Both the position numbers and the translations under genes were made by a program. Of a DNA stretch of 42,166 bases, positions 39,105-42,166 are shown piece by piece. The stretch comes from Bigelowiella natans CCMP2755. Taxonomy: Eukaryota > Protista > Cercozoa. The stretch is taken from NCBI GenBank assembly GCA_000320545.1, contig ADNK01000540.1, positions 1-42,166 on the forward strand, read 5' to 3'. Below the pieces are notes generated by a model. The model saw only the letters and a program-made list of their open reading frames with translations, was not told where the DNA came from and did not search any database. Position 1 is the stretch's first letter. Each line of letters begins with the position of its first letter.

Positions 39105-39172
<68 letters not shown>

Positions 39173-40706
39173 GCAAGTATCTTCGCCTTGTGGCGATTAT
39201 CGTTGTCATCCTCCTCCTCCTCATCATCCTTCCTCCTCACCTTCATGATCATCACCACCGTCACCACCACCGCTGCCCTCACTGCCCATCATGGTTCTAG
39301 CACAAGAAACCTCTCACCACATTCCCATGATCAACCCACTCCCTCCTCCCACCGTGCAGGCGAGCTCAGCTTGATGGCGATCCTGAACATGTTTCGCGCA
39401 ACAGCAGAAGCAATGCGACAGAGTAGGAGCAGAAAAGGTAGTAGTAATGCTGCGAGACACGACGAACAGCGTAAGCCGACAGCGCAAGCGACGTTTGATG
39501 ACTGGGCGATTGGTACGAGCCGTAAAGCATGGAGGCGATGCGAAGCTGTACTTGGCAAGGCATCCAGAGACAGAAGAGGCGGCAACGATGGAGAAGGGGA
39601 GGACACGGAAATGATCAATTTCCAAGCAGCCCAAGCAATACCCTTGTACTACCAACATAATTTTATAACAACACTTGATATCCCCCCTTCCCCCCTCTCC
39701 CACCTTCTTGCTCATTATTTTCTCCAGCAATCGGTATCAGAGAACATCGGAGAAATCTTCGAACCATATATTAGATGAATAATTATTGCCCCCCCCCCCC
39801 TTCCCCTCTAACCAGGTTCGCTTGCGTTGGAATCATATGTAGTAGTAGTAGTAGTAGTAGTAGTTGTAGTACCCGTCCAAGCCCGTCTCCAGAACTCACG
39901 GTGGCACAAGAGCAGAAGATGATTTCTTCACCTTCTACCACATCTTCCTCCTCCTCCTCCTCCTCCTCCTCCTCCTCCTTGTCGCCGTCGTTCTCATCGT
40001 CAGCACCGCAGCGCTCAGGCCCCCATGAGCTTGTGCGAGGCATCATCCGTAGCTTAATGGGCCGATACGCAATGACTTCAGCAGTAGTAGCAGCAGCAGC
40101 AGCAGCAGCGACGACGACGAGATCTATAACAACACCAGCACGAGCACGAGGGGCCCTCCCCCCCATTCCAGCAGTAGGAGGGGCACCGCCTTCAAGAGTG
40201 CTCCGGCTAGTAGCCTTGGCGTACGTCCATCTCGAGACATCGCAGAACCCCTCTCGAGATCTGATGGCGGTACCGATCCTGACCTCGATGGTCACAGGCG
40301 CTATTGACCTGTCGCTGCTGCAAAAGGCCCAAGACCACCACCAGCAGCAAGAGGATGCTTCAGAGAAGGATGATGATGATGATGACGACGCAAGCCAACT
40401 CTGGGTCTCTGCAGCTTCCTTCATCACGCTGCCGCAAGCTGCACGTGCTCTTAGCTCGTGTCTGAGCCATCACTATTATCTTCCGCCTCCTCCACCCCAC
40501 GACGATCATGCGATGGTCATGGCCACGCTCACAAGCCTGAGGGACACCGGCGTTCGGGCTGCTACAGCCGCACAGAATGGCGATGAGAAGGAAAATCATC
40601 GGGAGGAGAAGATGCAGCAGTCTTCGGTTGCTGCGGAAGGAAAGAGATCGCGTCGTAATTTTCGGAAAGTTCAGGTAGATGAAAGGCGACATGGAGAAGG
40701 GGGGGC

Positions 40707-40747
<41 letters not shown>

Positions 40748-42067
40748 GGGGGGGTGGGAGAGAAATCAGCCCTCTTATCTGCAATGGTCGATTCATTATA
40801 TTCGATCATGTATATTAGTCATCATCATCATCATCATCTTCCATCTAATATCTACTCTCCATCGTTTTCGAATCAAGCCTGTCTCTAAAACTGATATGCC
40901 TGCATTATCGTCCATCCCACCACTCACAGAGAGCCCTCCACATGACGATGACACTGCTCCTTGACGCAATATCAACCCCACGAGAATCGACGGCGACCAT
41001 CGCTGCCGCCGAGTCTCCCCGCCAAACTTCCTCTGCCGCCTTCGCCGCGGAAGGGAGGGCGGAGGGGGGGGGGCAACGACGACGACCAGCTGCACCAATC
41101 GACGGCGACGATGAGAACAGCAGGATCCACGGCGATAAGAAGGACACTGATGCAACGAGGGAAGATGACACTCCTCCTCCTCCTCCTCCTCCTCGTGCTG
41201 CTGCTACAGTTGTTGGATTGAAGCAGAAAAGCTCCTTAGGATCTCACGTAGTATCACCAGCAGCACCGCCACTGCTAGCTTCGCCGGAAATCAAGGCTAT
41301 GGCCCTTGACGTGCTTGCAAGGATGTATGTTGTGATGACGAGTGTGTTGGCAGATTGTTGTGCCTCATTTCTGCATTCTGGTTATTTTGTGCGTTGCTCT
41401 CCCTCTTTCTCCCCGCTCATTCTCCTCTTCCCTCTCCCCCCCCTCCTTCATCCTCCTCTTCGTTATCATCAGTGAGTTTGCGCGAATACCGTATGAGATG
41501 TACTACACCCTACTGGAACGGCTACTAGCCGAAGACAAAAGCGGGAGCTCCTTATCATCATCATCATCATCGTCACCGCTATCGTCGTCATCACCAGCAC
41601 CGCTCTGCCACGTCTTCATTGCGGATCACCTGGAAGGAATGGCCCCGCACCCAGCTATAAACGTCTTATTATCCCAACTCGGTGTGCCGACGACGCCTCC
41701 GCAGCGCGATGACAATGGCGTGGTTCCACGCGAAAGTAGCCCCGGCCACCTCGCCCGCGCGTTCTTTATAATGTATTTGTTGTTGAGGTGGCTCGACAGC
41801 AGCGAGCAAACGGCGCTGCGATTCGTCCAGGAACCGCAGCAGAAACGACAGAGCGCTGGAGGCGAGGAGGGATCTTCTTCTTCTTCTTCTTCATCTATTG
41901 AGCAGCGTGGGAAAGCGTCGTCATCGTCATCTTCCTCGTCGGCATCTTCACTACAACAAGAGCTACTGCCACTACTGCTCTCCGATGAGCAAGCCCTTGT
42001 GCATGGTGTCGGGCTGTCGCTCAGATTTCTCTCTTGCTCAAACAAGAATGTAGTATACGAGCATTAG
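36522..42067 (+). CDS. Large unidentified multi-exon, helix-rich protein (probably continues past the right edge)
   Basis: ATG 36522 (MADIWRNGDRFELPDEDPNEELAKRR) followed by successive exon-like ORFs at 36954-37160, 37339-37815, 39360-39630, 39880-40675, 40940-41325 and 41472-42035, with Leu-rich helical segments. No family recognised. Confidence 0.55.
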
Positions 42068-42117
42068 GGAGGGGGGGGGGCGGTGAGCGAGAGAGAGAGA
42101 GAGATAAAAGAGATAAA

Positions 42118-42165
<48 letters not shown>

Positions 42166-42166
42166 A

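Overview
This is eukaryotic, intron-rich, microsatellite-laden genomic DNA, probably from an alga with a complex plastid: the first gene has a bipartite signal + transit-like presequence (a chlorarachniophyte-like source is my guess). Recognisable housekeeping genes are ALG9 mannosyltransferase (-; middle exons absent), TRM2/TRMT2A tRNA m5U methyltransferase (-), a ZDHHC1/11-like palmitoyltransferase (+) and TFIIH p62/TFB1 (-), plus several unidentified multi-exon genes. The standout is an accessory block at ~16.0-22.7 kb bracketed by ~410-bp direct repeats. It encodes a spliced ankyrin(15 near-identical repeats + cap)-SAM-caspase-family (peptidase C14, His/Cys dyad intact) protein, a sensor-oligomeriser-effector architecture suggestive of a protist innate-immune or cell-death receptor. 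Downstream of it is a ~1.8-kb tract almost free of TpA. Duplicated sequences in that tract differ from their intact copies by TA->TG/CA changes, pointing to a RIP-like but AT->GC hypermutation process that may also diversify the ankyrin binding positions. All exon models and counts were done by eye.
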